Shown here: one piece after another, positions 49,368 through 59,942 of the stretch
Numbering within the stretch: position 1 is the stretch's first letter
Layout: each line of letters begins with the position of its first letter
Origin: Shigella phage Sf14
DNA length: 64,000 nucleotides
Reading direction: 5' to 3' (one strand)
Sequence record: MF327003
Notes under the pieces: model-generated
Database searches by the model: none
The model's input: the letters and a program-made list of their open reading frames with translations, nothing else
Told to the model about the DNA's origin: nothing
Program-made: the position numbers and the translations under genes

Positions 49368-52067
49368 TTAGTGGACTTCAAGCCACGATTTACCAACTTT
49401 CCCTGCACCTGTGACCAATGTCTCTTTTCTTAGCCCAAGGTTCTTAGATGCTTGACCATAATACCAGTCAGTTACTGCTTTCACATCTGCTGTCATGCTC
49501 TCTGGACATTCCCAGCTTGTTTCATCGTGGTAAGCACAGAGTAAGCGAGCACCAATAGCTGGTTTACGACCATTCAACTTCATCAAACCTTCGTCAATCA
49601 TACGACGACATGCAAGGTTGATTGCTTCATTCTGAACTTGTGCTTCTGAACCCATCAGCAAATAGTTCAAGAGTTTGTGTGGAGACTTACACCACAGCCA
49701 AGCCCCAGCAACCTTCACAAAACCACCTTTAGAGATTGCAGCAGTCTTACCAAACACCTCTTCAAGTGCTTTCTTAGTTGCTTTGAAATCAGCTTCCAAG
49801 TTGTCTAACAGTTTCTTAATCTTCGGTAAACGCACAAAGTAAGTCTGCTTAGTCAATGCACCTTCCTGAGTAGTTGCTGCTTTAATTGTTTTAGCAAACT
49901 TCTCATCACCTGCACCGAACAACAGGGCATAGATACCATTCTTAGCTTTCTTACGTCCCTTGCTAATCTCATGAAGAAGATTCTCATCCTGAGTAGCACG
50001 ACAAGTCAAGATATCTTGCTCATCATTAAGGCTGAAGTAGATACTGTTCAGGGTGTGAGCATCAGTCCCTGAGTAAACTACGTACAAATCGTTTTCAGAG
50101 TCATAACGCAGATACTTGTCAATCTCTGGATTCAGATACTGGTCAAAGTGTTTGCAGTAGTATCTTCCATCCTCTTGACGAACAAACTCAATCTCTTCTT
50201 TACCCTCTGTTACCGCTTTGGTGAAGTCTTTATCACCCATGAAGTTACAGAGTAGTACAAGCTGTGCAGAGTTCATATCAACAGATACTACGTTGGTTCC
50301 CTCTTCACAAATCCACACTGCCCTCATTGGTTCACCGTACACGGCAGCACCGGAAGGTACGTTCACAATACCATACTGAGTCATACGTCCAGTAGAAGTG
50401 CCAAACACCATTGCACCTGCACTCAAACGACCATCTGGACGAATCTGGTTCAGCCAACCTTTCTCATCATCCTTTGAGTTCTCAATAGTCCTGCGTCGGT
50501 GCATCAAAGTATAGTACTTTGCAATCTTCTGTCCAAGCTCACCTTCGATTGTATCATAAGAAGATTCTGTAAGCTTTGGTGAAGTCCTAATCAAGCAAGG
50601 CTCAAGCACATCTGTGTACTTCTTAACAGACCAGTTATGCTCAATGTAATAGACGCCTTCATGCTCAATATAGCTCAACCCACAACGTTCAACCATCTCA
50701 TCCCACTTAGGATGTTTGCGAATCATCTTTTTATTGTCTTTGAATCTGCAAACCTTGATAGGACGACCATCAGAATCTTTTTTATAGTTCCAATCATCAG
50801 GAATCCAACCAACAGACTTTAAGTAATCCTTCACCACAGCTACCTGAGTCATTCGTGAAACTTCAAACTCAATTGGTGTAAATGGTGCATCAATCAAACC
50901 AGTGTAGCGACTAGACTCTAACTCGAAGTGGTTAACAACGTGAACATTGTAGTACTTCACAGTTTTCACAGTCTTAACTGGCTTCCAATCTTTACACTTC
51001 TTGCCAATCTTCTCATTCAGTTCATTACAAACTGCACGAGCATCTTTCATTGCTACAAAACCTTCAGGGTACTCTTCTTTTGTTACCGTGTTAGTTGGAG
51101 TGTAGCAGTTGCGTTTCTCAACATTAAAAATCTTTGTAGTTGGCTTTCCATACGGCTTGATAGGGTACTGCTTCAACTCACCTTCACGCATCTGTTCACG
51201 ATACTTTGTCTTAGGGTACTTGGTAATCCTTTTTAAACCGTCAACGTGACCAAATGTATCTACATACTCGTTCCAAGACTTGGCAAATTCTTCACCTGTA
51301 ACTTTACCTTTTGTCTTAATAGTTGGTGGAAGGTGTGGTTCAACCTCAGCAGCCAACTCATTAGTTAACTTGTCAAGTTCTTTAACGTGGAACTGCATAA
51401 GTTCTACATCAGCTTTCCAACCGTTGATAGCTTGCTGACTCATCCAGAAGGATGTTTCTTTAGCTCGCATGTAGGTTTCATAAGTGTCAACACCACACTT
51501 CTTAAGCTTGAGGTACTCATTATCAAGAGCACGTTTAGTTTTGGCGTTAATCTTAATATCTTCTACAACACGAGTAAGAATCTCTGCATTCCAGACACCC
51601 CACTCTTCAATCTCTGGTTTACGGACACCTACACGAGCACCCCATGCAGCCAAACCATGAGCACCTTTGTAACCTTTTGGCGTAGGTCTATCCATCCACT
51701 GTACGCGAGATTGGATAAGTGAATCCTGAAAGAAGTCACTCCAAGGCTTACACTTAGGGTTCTCAAAGTTCCACAGGTCAGGTGCAATGTGATTAAACAC
51801 CCACCAGTCATAACCCAAACCATTGTGGATGCAAAGGCGTTTAGCTTTCAGTGCAAACTCAACACCTTCACGCAGACCACCTTTGATGTATTTTGTATAC
51901 TTGTGACCAAGAATAGGCTCATCAGTGAAAACCCACACAGCAGGTTCATCACTGTCATCTTTATAGTCTGCGAAAGCCATTACGTGTGCTTTTGTAAACT
52001 CAAGGAGCAACCCATCAGTTTCTGTATCACCAACCAAATGTAATTTTTCGAAATCTACATTGTCCAT
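49368..52067 (-). CDS. DNA polymerase, family A (T7 gp5-like) with 3'-5' exonuclease domain
   Basis: Exo I LVGDTETDG; HNGLGYD; motif A VDMNSAQL, motif B RKKAKNGIYALLFGAG, motif C YHDE. Confidence 0.9.
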   Translation of the reverse strand: MDNVDFEKLHLVGDTETDGLLLEFTKAHVMAFADYKDDSDEPAVWVFTDEPILGHKYTKYIKGGLREGVEFALKAKRLCIHNGLGYDWWVFNHIAPDLWNFENPKCKPWSDFFQDSLIQSRVQWMDRPTPKGYKGAHGLAAWGARVGVRKPEIEEWGVWNAEILTRVVEDIKINAKTKRALDNEYLKLKKCGVDTYETYMRAKETSFWMSQQAINGWKADVELMQFHVKELDKLTNELAAEVEPHLPPTIKTKGKVTGEEFAKSWNEYVDTFGHVDGLKRITKYPKTKYREQMREGELKQYPIKPYGKPTTKIFNVEKRNCYTPTNTVTKEEYPEGFVAMKDARAVCNELNEKIGKKCKDWKPVKTVKTVKYYNVHVVNHFELESSRYTGLIDAPFTPIEFEVSRMTQVAVVKDYLKSVGWIPDDWNYKKDSDGRPIKVCRFKDNKKMIRKHPKWDEMVERCGLSYIEHEGVYYIEHNWSVKKYTDVLEPCLIRTSPKLTESSYDTIEGELGQKIAKYYTLMHRRRTIENSKDDEKGWLNQIRPDGRLSAGAMVFGTSTGRMTQYGIVNVPSGAAVYGEPMRAVWICEEGTNVVSVDMNSAQLVLLCNFMGDKDFTKAVTEGKEEIEFVRQEDGRYYCKHFDQYLNPEIDKYLRYDSENDLYVVYSGTDAHTLNSIYFSLNDEQDILTCRATQDENLLHEISKGRKKAKNGIYALLFGAGDEKFAKTIKAATTQEGALTKQTYFVRLPKIKKLLDNLEADFKATKKALEEVFGKTAAISKGGFVKVAGAWLWCKSPHKLLNYLLMGSEAQVQNEAINLACRRMIDEGLMKLNGRKPAIGARLLCAYHDETSWECPESMTADVKAVTDWYYGQASKNLGLRKETLVTGAGKVGKSWLEVH

Positions 52068-52326
52068 TTTTACTCCCTCTCAAATCATTCTGGATAATAC
52101 CCTACAGCAATTTTCTTCAAAAAGCAAGTTGACAAACTACTTGACAAGGTGTTAGTCTTTTCGAAGTGGGTTTTATCTTAATAGACTCCCTTTATAGATT
52201 AACTATACAGTTTCTTTAAAAGTCTTAAAAGATTTTTAATAGCTTTTAAAAAGCTTTAAAGTTATATGTATAACATACATAAAGATAAGAGATTAAAATC
52301 TTTATAGATACTTAACAGAGGCAATC
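52068..52326. promoter_or_regulatory. divergent control region with tandem TTGACA boxes and AT-rich palindromes
   Basis: CAAGTTGACAAACTACTTGACAAGG; GCTTTTAAAAAGC. Confidence 0.4.
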
Positions 52327-52767
52327 ATGCAGAGGATGTACGTTCACCCAGATATCAATAACCTTGTCCAAGCTTTAGAAAGAGTTGAAGCACTTTACAT
52401 TGAGGCTCAGAAGGAGTATGCTTATCAACATCGTCGAATGGTTGATGTTCAGCATGAGATAGAACTATCAAGTGGATACGACGAAGGTTTAAAGTGTTCT
52501 GTATTTGAGCACATGAAAGAGATATCTTCAGAAAGACGTAAAGCGAAAGACACAATCTTTTTGATAGATACCTTAAAAAATAAGTTGCAAAATGGAACGG
52601 ACTTAGATAGTCTATCCCAACTGCTTCAGGATGCAGAGAATACGTGGGACAGAAATTACTTCCCACGGTCTGAAAAAGGACTTGACTTCTCTTCACAAGA
52701 AAGCTTAAGATTATCACGACTTACTATTAACAAAATGAGAGAGATTAAAGATGAAAACTGTAAATGA
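52327..52767 (+). CDS. hypothetical protein (146 aa)
   Basis: ORF track. Confidence 0.5.
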   Translation: MQRMYVHPDINNLVQALERVEALYIEAQKEYAYQHRRMVDVQHEIELSSGYDEGLKCSVFEHMKEISSERRKAKDTIFLIDTLKNKLQNGTDLDSLSQLLQDAENTWDRNYFPRSEKGLDFSSQESLRLSRLTINKMREIKDENCK

Positions 52768-53545
52768 GATTCTGGAAGAAAAAGGTATTGACGAAGCATT
52801 CATGCTGAACACTGTTGAGACTCTTGCTATCATTATGCGTAGCAACTCACTGTCAGGAAAATTTATCCCTGAATCTCTGCGTGTTGTAAAAAACGCTGTA
52901 GAGAATGACGAAGATTTCCGTAAAGAGGTTGAATACCTGCTGGCTAATAAGACTGATGCTCTGAAAACCATCCTCATCGGTGTTGATGCTTTTGCAACAT
53001 ACATCTTTGATGAAATGTATTCAGGTGGATACATCCAGATTACTGAGCAGGGTATTAAAGAGCTCGATAACATGAGTGATGAAGACCTTCTGAAAGCTAT
53101 TTGTACGCCAGTTGCTGCTGTAATGGCATCGCTAGAGAAGCGTATGAATGATAAGTCACCACGTTATGCAAAACTGGATTGGGGTTTTGATGAAGTCTCT
53201 GACAAGGCAATTCAGTATGCTGATGAGACAATGAATAAGCTGTCAGAGATTACTAATGGTCTCTCTCTAGACCCTATTCAGGTTAAAGTAACTTCAATGT
53301 TAAATGCCATCTTTAGTATCATGGGTATCCATGCTTTACTTGAAGTGTCAAAAATGTTAGAGTCTGACCCAAGCTTTGTAGAGAGCATGTCACAAGGTGC
53401 TCATACAGCAGCACTCGGAGAAGTATTTAGTCAAACTGGTGCAGCAGTTCTTAGCACCAAGATTGCAATCAACTTTGGTGAAGAGTTTGTTCAGCAGCTA
53501 GAAGCAATGTCTGAGCGTGAACTATCTGGTTCTAAACTACAATAA
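52751..53545 (+). CDS. hypothetical protein (264 aa)
   Basis: ORF track. Confidence 0.55.
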   Translation: MKTVNEILEEKGIDEAFMLNTVETLAIIMRSNSLSGKFIPESLRVVKNAVENDEDFRKEVEYLLANKTDALKTILIGVDAFATYIFDEMYSGGYIQITEQGIKELDNMSDEDLLKAICTPVAAVMASLEKRMNDKSPRYAKLDWGFDEVSDKAIQYADETMNKLSEITNGLSLDPIQVKVTSMLNAIFSIMGIHALLEVSKMLESDPSFVESMSQGAHTAALGEVFSQTGAAVLSTKIAINFGEEFVQQLEAMSERELSGSKLQ

Positions 53546-53561
53546 TTGTGGCATACCCTTA

Positions 53562-53588
53562 AGCCTCCTTAATTGGGGGCTTTTTATT
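53562..53588 (+). terminator. intrinsic terminator AGCCTCC-TTAATT-GGGGGCT + T5
   Basis: 7-bp stem then TTTTTATT. Confidence 0.6.
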
Positions 53589-53602
53589 ATGGAGTGACTG
53601 AT

Positions 53603-54343
53603 ATGAAAAGTGTTATTGCATTTACTGGAAAGGCTCGTTCTGGAAAGGATACATCTTGCAGCATTGTAAAAAATCTATTGAATGAGGCTGGATACACTGT
53701 TAAAGTGTTTGCGTTTGCCGATAACTTAAAAGCAACTGCTGGGTTTATCTTTGACTTGAACTGGCAAGACCTATATGGTGATACGAAAGAAACACCTAAA
53801 AAGTTTAGCTTAGATTTTGACAATCTTAACTCCCGTGTGGCATGGGCTTTCCAGTTAAACATGAAAAGTAAGGGCATCCATGAAGATGCAAAACTTTGTG
53901 GTGAAATCACAGACAGGCTTATCAAAGAGCTAAAGAAAGTTGGTAAACCTACATTGCTTACAAAGCTTGGTTTGAAAAATGAATATATGATTTCCTCAAG
54001 ACAAATACAGCAAGTCTGGGGTAGTGAGGTTATCCGTAAAATTCTTGGAGAGCGTTTCTGGATTACAGATTTGGCAGAACGTATTGAAAAATTCTATGGT
54101 GATTGCGTTAAGAAAAGTCACATAGGTATTGCACTGGTATGTGATTTAAGGTTTGATATTGAAGCTGAGTTCCTTCAAAGCTATGATAGCCAGATAATTG
54201 AGATTACAAGAAAAGATGCTATTCAGGTGGCTTCCCATAGCTCTGAACGTGGTATTTCCACTAACTTCTCTCGTGATATTATCCAGAATAATGGAACGAT
54301 GGAAGAATTAGAGAGTAAACTTAAAACCATTATCAATCTGTAA
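53603..54343 (+). CDS. deoxynucleoside monophosphate kinase (T4 gp1-like)
   Basis: P-loop FTGKARSGKDT matches dNMP kinase GxxRSGKDT; start trimmed to ATG 53603. Confidence 0.65.
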   Translation: MKSVIAFTGKARSGKDTSCSIVKNLLNEAGYTVKVFAFADNLKATAGFIFDLNWQDLYGDTKETPKKFSLDFDNLNSRVAWAFQLNMKSKGIHEDAKLCGEITDRLIKELKKVGKPTLLTKLGLKNEYMISSRQIQQVWGSEVIRKILGERFWITDLAERIEKFYGDCVKKSHIGIALVCDLRFDIEAEFLQSYDSQIIEITRKDAIQVASHSSERGISTNFSRDIIQNNGTMEELESKLKTIINL

Positions 54344-54346
54344 AAG

Positions 54347-54547
54347 GTGTTGAAGATGAGAGAGAATAATTTTAAAGTAATTGACCACCGTACAGTGGAA
54401 CTCTCATCTCTTTCCAAAGAAGTTATGATGGAGCGACTTGAAAGGGTCGCTTCAAGAAGGAAAGAGATTGCAGAAGAAATCCATGAGCTTGATAAGATTG
54501 AAAACGGTCTTAAGGCAGAACTACAACGAAGAGGTGTGAATGGCTAA
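54347..54547 (+). CDS. hypothetical protein (66 aa)
   Basis: ORF track. Confidence 0.45.
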   Translation: MLKMRENNFKVIDHRTVELSSLSKEVMMERLERVASRRKEIAEEIHELDKIENGLKAELQRRGVNG

Positions 54548-56531
54548 ACAGAGAAAACTGAAAGATGCTGGAACATTTGTAGGTCACTGTGCATGTCCAC
54601 GCCCTCAATGTTTATCTTCAGATGCAGGTTCTATATATCGTCATGATGACGGTTCGTATTCAATGACATGTTTCAGTTGTGGAAAAGGTTTTCCAGAGTG
54701 GGATTTTGATAAAGGGCAGATTGTGAGCACTCATACTTCAGGTTCAGAGAATAAAAACCGTACATTTCGTGGTATGGATTTGGATGATGTGAAAGAAAAC
54801 CTAGAAGCAATGGATTTAAAAGACAGGAAGATTCCTGCAAAAGTCCTTGAGCGTCTTGGTATTAAAGTTGATATTGATGACAATGGTGATATTGATGCAC
54901 ATTTCTATCCAACATACAAAAAGGATGAAGATGGTAAGTTGCAACATGTAGGTTATCGTGTTCGTCACAAATATCCAGATGACTATCACAAAGAGCACTT
55001 ACGTGGGAAGTTGAAAGACTTTTCTGGTGGTGTTGGAGATATTAAAGGTGAACTGGCTATGTTCGGTTCATGGATTGCTCCAGAAGGTGGTAACCGTCTT
55101 TTCATCTGGGAAGGTGAGATGGAATGTGCTACAGCAATCTACATGACTTCTTTAGCAATTAAAGATAAGTCTAGACGTAAGAATTACTGCCACGTTTCTG
55201 TACCATCTGGTGCTAATGTTAAGTCTATCAAGGAGAACTATCAGTATATTACTTCCTTTGATGAGATTTACCTATGCTTTGATAATGATGAAGCAGGTGC
55301 TAAAGCAACTAAGGAAGCTGCTGGTATCTTACCTATTGAGAAAGTAAGACTGTTCCAGTATCCTGAAGGTATTAAAGACCTTAGTGAGTGGTGGACTAAG
55401 TTCTTCAAAGATAAAGATACAGTCTTAGAAGGATTTAAACAACGAATCTACAATGCACCTCGTTACTGCCCTGCTGGTATCAAGAACTTTGCAGACGGTT
55501 TCGACGCTATGAAGAATCGTGGTCAGATTCCTTTAATTCCTTTCCCAGATTCTTTCGGGGATTTGAATAAGCTGACTTATGGCGGGTATGGTTTAGGTGA
55601 GATTACAACCCTTGCTGCACCTTCATCTGTAGGTAAATCTGCATATACTCGTGAGATGATTTACAAAGCATGGAAAGATACTGAGTACAACATCGGTGTA
55701 ATTCCTGTAGAAGATACTTACGAAGAACTTATGGAAATGCTCTGTGCAATCCATCTTAGTAAGCAGATTTCAGAGATTCCTTATGATGAACGTAATTGGG
55801 ATGAGATTAAGGTTGCACATGCTGAGTTGTCAAAGGGTCGTCGTATTCACATCGTAGACCACCAAGGGGCAATTGACCAAGATAACCTGCTGGAGTTTGT
55901 TGACTATCTGGTTAACAGTCTTGATTGTAAGATTATCATCCTTGACCCTATTACATTGGCGCTGTCACGCTCTGATACAGATGAAGAAGAAGTTCTGTCT
56001 GAGTTACTTCGTCGCTGTAAGCGTTATCAGTATGCTCAGGTAAACGTGTGTCACGTTCGTAAGAGTGCAGGTGGTCAAAAGGCCAACTCTGAAGGTGGTG
56101 ATATTTCTGAAGAAGATATCAAGGGTTCTGGTGCATACTTCCAGATTTCCATGAACAACATTTTGCTTATGCGTAACAAGGTTGACCCAGACCCTGTTAA
56201 AAAGAACTTGACAAAAATCAAGCTAACAAAATGTCGCCGTCATGGTAAGTCAACTGGTATTGCTGGTCACACTTGGTATAATCCAGATACAGGTCGTCTT
56301 GTAAAGGCTGCTGGATGTGGTGTTGATATTGATGGTGCAGCAGAGAATATTCGTCAGCAGTTTGGTATTGGTGAGGCTGAAGACCATTACGATGACTCTA
56401 TGCCACACTATGAAGATGTTGATTTTGACCGTGAATCTGGAGAGATTTACACACAAGAACAACGTGAAAGTTCCACCATTCCACCTGTGATTAACGAGGA
56501 TAATGATGACTGTCCGTTCGAAACTGATTGA
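54540..56531 (+). CDS. primase-helicase (T7 gp4-like)
   Basis: N-terminal Cys4 zinc-binding, TOPRIM-like FIWEGEMECATA, DnaB-type Walker A LAAPSSVGKSAYT. Confidence 0.85.
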   Translation: MAKQRKLKDAGTFVGHCACPRPQCLSSDAGSIYRHDDGSYSMTCFSCGKGFPEWDFDKGQIVSTHTSGSENKNRTFRGMDLDDVKENLEAMDLKDRKIPAKVLERLGIKVDIDDNGDIDAHFYPTYKKDEDGKLQHVGYRVRHKYPDDYHKEHLRGKLKDFSGGVGDIKGELAMFGSWIAPEGGNRLFIWEGEMECATAIYMTSLAIKDKSRRKNYCHVSVPSGANVKSIKENYQYITSFDEIYLCFDNDEAGAKATKEAAGILPIEKVRLFQYPEGIKDLSEWWTKFFKDKDTVLEGFKQRIYNAPRYCPAGIKNFADGFDAMKNRGQIPLIPFPDSFGDLNKLTYGGYGLGEITTLAAPSSVGKSAYTREMIYKAWKDTEYNIGVIPVEDTYEELMEMLCAIHLSKQISEIPYDERNWDEIKVAHAELSKGRRIHIVDHQGAIDQDNLLEFVDYLVNSLDCKIIILDPITLALSRSDTDEEEVLSELLRRCKRYQYAQVNVCHVRKSAGGQKANSEGGDISEEDIKGSGAYFQISMNNILLMRNKVDPDPVKKNLTKIKLTKCRRHGKSTGIAGHTWYNPDTGRLVKAAGCGVDIDGAAENIRQQFGIGEAEDHYDDSMPHYEDVDFDRESGEIYTQEQRESSTIPPVINEDNDDCPFETD

Positions 56532-56784
56532 TAGTTATCTGAAGGAGGGTTTTGAACCCTTCTATTCAGAAGAAAGTAGAAAAAAATTTGTAAAAGAGTG
56601 CTTGACTAAGATAGAGCAGTTCGGTAAAGTACTCATCAACAAGGGACATGAAGTAAAGTTTGAACACTTATCAAAAGATAATGTTGAGCAATTTGCATTA
56701 GCGATTGATGGGTTATCTACAGTTTACATCTTTACCTTGACTAATAAACATTTTGAATATGAAATATATCGGAGAGATTCATGA
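56503..56784 (+). CDS. hypothetical protein (93 aa)
   Basis: ORF track. Confidence 0.45.
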   Translation: MMTVRSKLIDSYLKEGFEPFYSEESRKKFVKECLTKIEQFGKVLINKGHEVKFEHLSKDNVEQFALAIDGLSTVYIFTLTNKHFEYEIYRRDS

Positions 56785-56918
56785 AACATTCTAAAGCATT
56801 CGAGAAAGTATTTGGCGATTCCATGAAAGCAACTGCTGGTAAATCTGCTGAACACTATGTACAGAAGCGAGTTCGTACAGGTAAGACGGCTCGTAAAGCA
56901 GCTAAGAAATCTGCTTAA
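56781..56918 (+). CDS. small basic protein (45 aa)
   Basis: ATG overlapping upstream stop; below ORF-track cutoff. Confidence 0.3.
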   Translation: MKHSKAFEKVFGDSMKATAGKSAEHYVQKRVRTGKTARKAAKKSA

Positions 56919-56933
56919 AGTGTTTGACAAGGG

Positions 56934-56962
56934 AGTACGAAGTCTGTAAGATTGTACTCCTT
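56934..56962 (+). promoter_or_regulatory. promoter TTGACA-N17-TAAGAT
   Basis: -35 56934-56939, -10 56957-56962. Confidence 0.55.
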
Positions 56963-57003
56963 GATAGTTGAGTTGAAAGTTAATTTGAGAAAGAGGTATT
57001 AAA

Positions 57004-57864
57004 ATGTCTAAAGTTGTTAAAATGAAAGCTCCGGTAGAGAAGTACAATGGTCAAGAACGTGAGACTCTTCGTTACCTGCTGAAAGATGTTTGGTTCTATT
57101 ACCTGAACACTATTCCACGTCCTCAAAAGGGTAAATCTGTGGATAAGCATTTTCCGGGCAAAGATTGTAACTACAGCGTTTCAATTCTGGCAAAAGATGG
57201 TAACAAGCTCTTTAAAGAGTTCACCAAGTCTAAAAAGAGTCCTGAAGGTTGGGATAAAGTTACTACAGAGGCTGTTGATGCAGATGACTTCGAAGAGAAG
57301 TTTGGTTGTGAGCCTCCGTTTGAAGCTGACACCTATCACATCCTGAAGGTTAGCCGTTCAGCAGCATATAAAGACGGTGCTGTGTGGTCAGCAAAACAGA
57401 GTTTCCCTGTAATGCTGGTTGAAGAAATCAACGGTAAGCGTGTTGCAGTTAAGCAGCCTATGAAGAAAATCAAGGCAGCAAAATCTGATAAGCACGATGA
57501 TGATAAGACTTACGATGTAATTCATCCAGATATTGCAGTTGGTAACGGCTCATTTGGTAGTGTGATTCTGGCGACTCACTTCTACACATTTGAAGGTAAC
57601 GTTCTGACCAAGCCAATTCAGGAACAATTTATCATTGATACTCTGGTTCCTTACACTGGTGGTACTGGTGGTGCTACTGAGACTGAACTGGATGAAGATG
57701 AACTGGCAATGCTTGGCCTTGCAGGTGTTGAAGACAACGGTGAAATCACTGAAGAAGATGCAAAAGATTCTGGTGATGAAGGTAAAGGTGGTGATGACGA
57801 TGACGACGACCTGCCAAACCCAGATGATGACGACGAAGATGATTTCGAAACTGACGACGAGTAA
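57004..57864 (+). CDS. single-stranded DNA-binding protein (gp2.5-like, candidate)
   Basis: extremely acidic C-terminal tail with penultimate aromatic (DDEDDFETDDE); position in replication module. Confidence 0.45.
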   Translation: MSKVVKMKAPVEKYNGQERETLRYLLKDVWFYYLNTIPRPQKGKSVDKHFPGKDCNYSVSILAKDGNKLFKEFTKSKKSPEGWDKVTTEAVDADDFEEKFGCEPPFEADTYHILKVSRSAAYKDGAVWSAKQSFPVMLVEEINGKRVAVKQPMKKIKAAKSDKHDDDKTYDVIHPDIAVGNGSFGSVILATHFYTFEGNVLTKPIQEQFIIDTLVPYTGGTGGATETELDEDELAMLGLAGVEDNGEITEEDAKDSGDEGKGGDDDDDDLPNPDDDDEDDFETDDE

Positions 57865-57883
57865 TAGTCAGTAACTACTACAA

Positions 57884-57911
57884 AGCCCTGTACAGACGTA
57901 TGGGGCTTTTT
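57884..57911 (+). terminator. intrinsic terminator AGCCC..GGGCT + T5
   Basis: stem-loop followed by TTTTT. Confidence 0.55.
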
Positions 57912-57926
57912 CGTATGGAGAGTACA

Positions 57927-58973
57927 ATGGAACAATACACCTTAACAAAGCTCCCAGAGAGCGTTACACACGTCTTTATTGACTCTGATAGCATTGCTTA
58001 CAAAGGTGCTTGTGTAGTTGAAAAAGCAAAGTACAAGTATGTGAATAAAATCACTGCTGAAGAATCCGATGCTTTTGATAGTGCAAAACTGGCAGCACAA
58101 TGGTTGTCTGACCAAAGAGTTTTAACTGAAGAGTTAGGACTTGACTTTGATGAAGATGAATGGGAAAGACAGACTTGGAAGGAAGCTAAAAGTGAAGCTG
58201 AAGCAATTATGGCTACACAGCAAGTTCTTCAGGAGTGGTTGAAAGTCGTTGGTAAAGAACGCAAATGGATGGGTTACCTTACTGAGAAAGGTGTTCACAA
58301 ACACAAGGATATCAAAGGTCTTGAACACCAATATCAAGGTAACAGAAAAGAAGCTGTAACACCTACACACCTAGTTGCTTGTCGTGAGTATCTTCTGTCA
58401 CGACCAGAGTTTAAGCTCCTAAAAGGGGGCTTCGAAGCAGACTCTATCGTTATTGCAAAAGCTGAGAAGATGGGTAAAAAAGCTGCTCTGATGAGTATTG
58501 ATAAAGACCTTCGTCAAGCTGAAGGAACTTACTGTATTGATATGACTTATGAGAAAGCTCCATTAATTTTCATTGCAGATAATAACGTTGGTGAGATTTG
58601 GGATTGCCCTATCAAATCTAAACCGAAAGCTAAGAAGACAGTCGGAGTGGGTTTTAAATTCCTCTGCTATCAAGCTGTAGCAGGTGATAATGCAGACAAC
58701 TACTTCGGTTTAAAAGGTGCTGGTAAGGTTGCGGTGATGAATGCACTGGAAGGTAAGACTACCTATAAAGAGTGCTTAGATGCAATCTATGAACTTTATG
58801 CTAAGAAAGACTCTTACACTTATGAATCGTGGGATGGTCAGATTGTGACAAGAACTCCACTAGAACTAATGGAGCAGCACTTCTGGATTGCATACCAAGA
58901 AAGAAATTCTAAAGATGATTTCACTTTTGATAAGTACGGGTGGACACCAAATGCTAACTCAACAAACTCTTAA
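57927..58973 (+). CDS. 5'-3' exonuclease / flap endonuclease (candidate)
   Basis: N-terminal FIDSDSIAYKGA acidic cluster, H3TH-like GLKGAGKVAVMNAL; start trimmed to ATG 57927. Confidence 0.55.
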   Translation: MEQYTLTKLPESVTHVFIDSDSIAYKGACVVEKAKYKYVNKITAEESDAFDSAKLAAQWLSDQRVLTEELGLDFDEDEWERQTWKEAKSEAEAIMATQQVLQEWLKVVGKERKWMGYLTEKGVHKHKDIKGLEHQYQGNRKEAVTPTHLVACREYLLSRPEFKLLKGGFEADSIVIAKAEKMGKKAALMSIDKDLRQAEGTYCIDMTYEKAPLIFIADNNVGEIWDCPIKSKPKAKKTVGVGFKFLCYQAVAGDNADNYFGLKGAGKVAVMNALEGKTTYKECLDAIYELYAKKDSYTYESWDGQIVTRTPLELMEQHFWIAYQERNSKDDFTFDKYGWTPNANSTNS

Positions 58974-59442
58974 AGAATACCTACACTATGACCCCGAAAC
59001 AGGGGTCTTTACTTGGCTTAAAAAGTCAGCTAAACGTACAAAGATTGGCTCTATAGCGGGTACGAATTTAAAAGGCTATATTAGAATCTACTTGTTTGGT
59101 AAAGGTTACTATGCACATTCACTAGCTGTACTTTATATGGAAGGTTATCTTCCTGAATGTGTTGACCACAAAAATCATGTAACATTGGATAACCGTTGGA
59201 CTAACCTAAGAGCTTGTACTCTTTCTGAAAACCAATGTAATAGGTTACTTAACAAGAATAATAAATCTGGTGTCAAAGGGGTGTACTTCCATAAAAAGTA
59301 TCAAAAATGGTCTACACAAATCACTTTCAAAAAGAAAGTTTATTTCTTTGGCAATTATGACACTATTGAGGAAGCAGCAGAAGTTGTAAACAGAGAAAGG
59401 TTACGTTTACATAAAGAGTTTGCTAATAAAGGTGATAAATGA
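58951..59442 (+). CDS. HNH homing endonuclease with AP2-like DNA-binding domain
   Basis: HNH core VDHKNHVTLDNRWTNLRACTLSENQCN; AP2-like SGVKGVYFHKKYQKWSTQITF; start at internal ATG 58951. Confidence 0.75.
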   Translation: MLTQQTLKEYLHYDPETGVFTWLKKSAKRTKIGSIAGTNLKGYIRIYLFGKGYYAHSLAVLYMEGYLPECVDHKNHVTLDNRWTNLRACTLSENQCNRLLNKNNKSGVKGVYFHKKYQKWSTQITFKKKVYFFGNYDTIEEAAEVVNRERLRLHKEFANKGDK

Positions 59443-59942
59443 TAAAAATTAAAGGTTTTGGCAATTGCCCTACTTATGGTCACTGGATTTCACTGTGTGG
59501 TGAAGTTGACCCATCAAAATACTTTGGTTTTGTATATCTAGTCTACTGCAAAAAGACTGGTCAATACTATTTGGGAAAGAAACAATTTAATAACGTCACT
59601 AAGAGAAAGGTTGCTGGAAAGACCAGACGTAAAGTCGTGACAAAAGAAAGTGATTGGATGACTTATCAAACATCTTCTGAATACATTAAGAAGGATATTG
59701 AATCTTTTGGTGAAAAAGAGTTTGACTTCTACATCATCCAGACTTACTATACGCGAGGTGGCTTAGTTTATGGCGAAGCTAACCTACAACATAAGTTTGA
59801 CGTCATGACAAAAAGGATTGACTCTAAGCTTCGACTCTTCTACAATGCGAACATTGCAGCAATCAAGTTTCTTACAAAAGAGACTTATGATGAAGCTGAG
59901 AAGAGAATCACTAAAATCATGAAACTTAATGAGAGAGTTTAA
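59439..59942 (+). CDS. GIY-YIG-type endonuclease (candidate)
   Basis: FGFVYLVYCKKTGQYYLGKK resembles GIY..YIG motif. Confidence 0.5.
   Translation: MIKIKGFGNCPTYGHWISLCGEVDPSKYFGFVYLVYCKKTGQYYLGKKQFNNVTKRKVAGKTRRKVVTKESDWMTYQTSSEYIKKDIESFGEKEFDFYIIQTYYTRGGLVYGEANLQHKFDVMTKRIDSKLRLFYNANIAAIKFLTKETYDEAEKRITKIMKLNERV

Noticed and set aside
49368-52067. Intein or insertion in the DNA polymerase (899 aa versus about 700 aa for T7 gp5)
   Set aside because: Motifs A, B and C are in normal order with no intein splice-junction signatures visible; the extra length looks distributed.
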